Shown here in pieces: positions 49,914 to 52,548 of a DNA stretch of 52,548 bases. Under the pieces are notes generated by a model. That model was not told the origin of the DNA. It did no database searches and saw only the letters and a list, made by a program, of their open reading frames with translations. Each line of letters begins with the position of its first letter. The first letter of the stretch is position 1. This stretch comes from an uncultured Methanosarcinales archaeon (GTDB lineage: Archaea > Nanobdellota > Nanobdellia > Woesearchaeales > CAZYIM01): NCBI GenBank assembly GCA_964647565.1, contig CAZYIM010000015.1, positions 1 through 52,548 on the forward strand. The letters run 5' to 3'. A program made the position numbers and the translations under genes.

Positions 49914-51137
49914 ATGCTATTAGAAACTGTCTTCCTTTTATTGGCCGGCATCCTGTTCATAGGTGTGCTTGGAGAGGTTATTTTCAGGAAGACCAATATA
50001 CCTGACGTCATTTGGCTTCTTGTGATAGGTATCATCATTGGGCCTGTGCTTAACTGGACATCTTATCTTGCACTTAAGGATGTTGCACCATTCTTTACAA
50101 CATTTGCATTGATATTCTTGCTTTTCGAGGCAGGTATCAATATAGATATTCATGAATTTTTTCGAAGTGCTTCTAGAGGTATGCGATTGAGCATCAGCAG
50201 CTTTATCCTTTCAGCAGCAGTCACTTTCGGCATCTGCATGGCACTTGGTAAAGGTTTTATCATATCCTTGCTTGCAGGAACTATCCTGGCAGGAGTGTCG
50301 TCAGCTGTTGTCCTGCCTATCATCAACAACATGGAGATTTCCAAGAAGACCAAGATATCCCTTGTTTTTGATTCTGCCCTTTCAGATGTACTTTGCATTC
50401 TTGGAACTGTTACCCTTATAGAGATTTTTACTGCTGCAACTGCAATTGATAGCATGGGTGTGGCGAGAAATATGCTTTCATCTTTCTTAATACCTTTGGC
50501 CTTTGGAGGCTTTGCAGCCTTGTTATGGAACAAGATATTGCTTAAGCTTGAGAACCATCAATATATCCTAACTTTGGCTGTGATGCTTATTGTATATTCA
50601 CTATCCCAGATGTTTGGTGGTAATGGCGCAATTGCCTGCTTGATGTTTGGTTTGTTGTTAGGAAATTCAAAGAAAATTGTTGGATTGTTCAAGAAAGTCG
50701 AGCAAAAGAAGCATTCAATAACCCGTGCAGGCAGGGAAGCCTATTCGGAAGTTGCCTTTTTCATGAAGACATTTTTCTATGTATATCTGGGCATTTTGAT
50801 TAATTTCTCAGAACCCTTGAGCTTTGTTTGGGCTTGTCTGATCTTGTTGGGATTATACATGGTGCGTCCCTTGGCAGTATTTCTTTCGACACGAAAGGAT
50901 ACCCCTGTTTCCGAGGTCAAGATAATGGAAACTTTAATTCCTAAGGGTCTTGCAGCAGCTGTGCTAATACAGCTTCCAATAGAGGCTGGTATTCCTGGCG
51001 CAGAATCCCTTGTCAACATAACACTGGGAGTCATTCTGATCAGTATTGTTCTTTCTTCTGTTTTCATCTATTTTATCAAGCATGATTTCTACAAAGGAAT
51101 ATTTCCATTTCTACATAAAAAGTATTTGAAGAAATAA
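49914..51137 (+). CDS. Cation/H+ antiporter (CPA1, NhaP2-like)
   Basis: IPDVIWL..G...GP, LLFEAG, SSAVV.P, DSALSD, FFYVYLG and PKGLAAAVL motifs. Confidence 0.9.
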   Translation: MLLETVFLLLAGILFIGVLGEVIFRKTNIPDVIWLLVIGIIIGPVLNWTSYLALKDVAPFFTTFALIFLLFEAGINIDIHEFFRSASRGMRLSISSFILSAAVTFGICMALGKGFIISLLAGTILAGVSSAVVLPIINNMEISKKTKISLVFDSALSDVLCILGTVTLIEIFTAATAIDSMGVARNMLSSFLIPLAFGGFAALLWNKILLKLENHQYILTLAVMLIVYSLSQMFGGNGAIACLMFGLLLGNSKKIVGLFKKVEQKKHSITRAGREAYSEVAFFMKTFFYVYLGILINFSEPLSFVWACLILLGLYMVRPLAVFLSTRKDTPVSEVKIMETLIPKGLAAAVLIQLPIEAGIPGAESLVNITLGVILISIVLSSVFIYFIKHDFYKGIFPFLHKKYLKK

Positions 51138-51149
51138 GTGTGAAAATAT

Positions 51150-51968
51150 TCATTTTTTATTCATCAAAAAATTTTTAATATTTTCTAAAGATTCACTATT
51201 ATTTTCTTGATAGAATTTTAAAGGATTTAGTAAATTATTAAGGATTTGTTTTCTTTGTTTCAAGGTAGAGTTAGGCGGGCAAAAGCCAAATCGTATCCAA
51301 ATTTCAATTTTTGAATTATGCTTAGGATTTCTAAAACCTATTTTTTTAAGAAATTGTTCAACTCCTTTTATGGTGTCTATAATAATAGAATGTATGTGAT
51401 ACTCATTTTTTCTTTGTTGTATAGGTTTCTGTAATCTACAAGGTATTTCAATACCTTGCAACAATTCAAATACTTGACCAATTAACTGTTGAGAAATCGA
51501 TGCTAATTTTATTTTTGGTTTATAATGAAAGATAGTATATAAAGATCTTCTTTTTGTTTTATAGTTACTTTTACAGAAATAAATACTTCCGTCTGTATCA
51601 AAAAGACCTCTAATAAACGCCTTTATTTGACAGTTTGTTTTAATGATATCTGGAACTTCAACATGCAATTTCTTACCTTTTTTTAGATTATAATTATTTA
51701 AAAGAAACTTGACAAATTCTTTATCAAAAAGAAAAATACCACAAACACCCGTTGAGTTATATTTTTTAATAACAGTAGGGATCTTTAATTGAATTTTAAA
51801 TATCTTATTGAATGAGGGACATATGATTTTGTTATAGAACTCGATTTCTTCTGTAATATCCCCTGTGAGTGTAAATTCTGAATATCTTTCATTAATACTA
51901 ATACATCCGTCACCAATATGCCATCCCAGAAATTCAGAAATTTTAATTGGTTTTTTCATTAAACTCAT
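51150..51968 (-). mobile_element. Free-standing double-motif LAGLIDADG (DOD/intein-type) homing endonuclease gene
   Basis: EFLGWHIGDGCI and AFIRGLFDTDGSI motifs, and FLKKIGF.NPKH. Noticeably AT-rich. No intein splicing termini. GGAGGTG SD. Confidence 0.9.
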
Positions 51969-52158
51969 TTTTTACACCTCCTAAGTATTATTAGATGTTT
52001 ACTTAGGAAATCTTATTATGATAATAACTTAGTAAATGTGTTTTGTTGGTAAGCAAAAGATATATTTGTATGTTTTATAGACCTCATCAAATAGAAAAAT
52101 GAGGTTTAAATATATTTAGTGAAAATTTTCGGAGAATTTAATTAAAAATTGAAAAAAA

Positions 52159-52346
52159 TGCGAGGGAGGGGACTTTCAAATCCTGAAGGAGAGTTGTAGT
52201 CTTCCTCTGGGATATTCGAACCCCTGGATCCACTAAGGAACAGGATTTCTTCCTGATGTGGTGTAACTTGAATGTTACTCATCTGGTCTTAAGTTTCGCA
52301 AAGATATTTCTTTCCTGCGCATTTGACCAGACTCTGCAACCCTCGC
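52159..52346 (-). tRNA. tRNA-Leu(UAA) with three introns (30/31: 52295-52313; 37/38: 52247-52287; 59/60: 52173-52214)
   Basis: Acceptor GCGAGGG/CCCUCGC-A. After splicing: CAGGA-CU-UAA-GA-UCCUG, variable arm, AGGGG-UUCGAAU-CCCCU. BHB helices CGCA/UGCG and UUCG/UGAA. Confidence 0.92.
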
Positions 52347-52548
52347 ATTAGTTTAAAATGGTTTTATATATTTTTAAAAAGCTTTCTCTTTCGGGCTTGC
52401 ATAGTATACATTTTTCAATCATCTACGCATTAATATATCAGTGTACAAATTACTACAAAAATTAGTCAGTATACGCATACCTACATTAATGTAGTAAAAT
52501 AGTAACATTTATATATAAGTACCTCTTAAGTATAGTCACTATATTGTT

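Noticed and set aside
5717..51067. Numerous antisense or alternate-frame ORFs of 60-190 aa overlapping longer genes
   Set aside because: They are shadows of well-supported genes and show no motifs or SD.
51150..51968. Intein
   Set aside because: No host extein and no Cys/Ser start or His-Asn end. It is a stand-alone ORF with its own SD.

Overview
Chromosomal fragment of a DPANN-type archaeon. The divergent archaeal rRNA, TFB, BRE/TATA promoters and gene repertoire suggest Woesearchaeota/Nanobdellota (inference). The window starts with a minus-strand 16S-tRNA(Ala)-23S operon. It then carries about 50 protein genes: three cation/H+ antiporters, large secreted papain-PEGA and subtilase proteases, a serpin, TFB, a U32 protein, pyrB plus archaeal asparagine synthetase A, a frameshifted PIN toxin with its antitoxin, a divergent proteasome-beta-like operon and a free-standing LAGLIDADG endonuclease. 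The most striking signal is non-coding. Every stable-RNA gene is interrupted by small bulge-helix-bulge (BHB) introns, ten in total: 2 in 23S, 1 in 16S (inside the 806R primer site), 2 in tRNA-Ala, 2 in tRNA-Val and 3 in tRNA-Leu. The three-intron tRNA-Leu sits next to the LAGLIDADG gene. tRNA-Val is followed by a 2x186-bp tandem repeat made of its own 3' end split by nested hairpins. Related Y-shaped palindromic elements and a palindromic mini-array occupy other intergenic regions. All family assignments come from motif recognition by eye; no searches were run.
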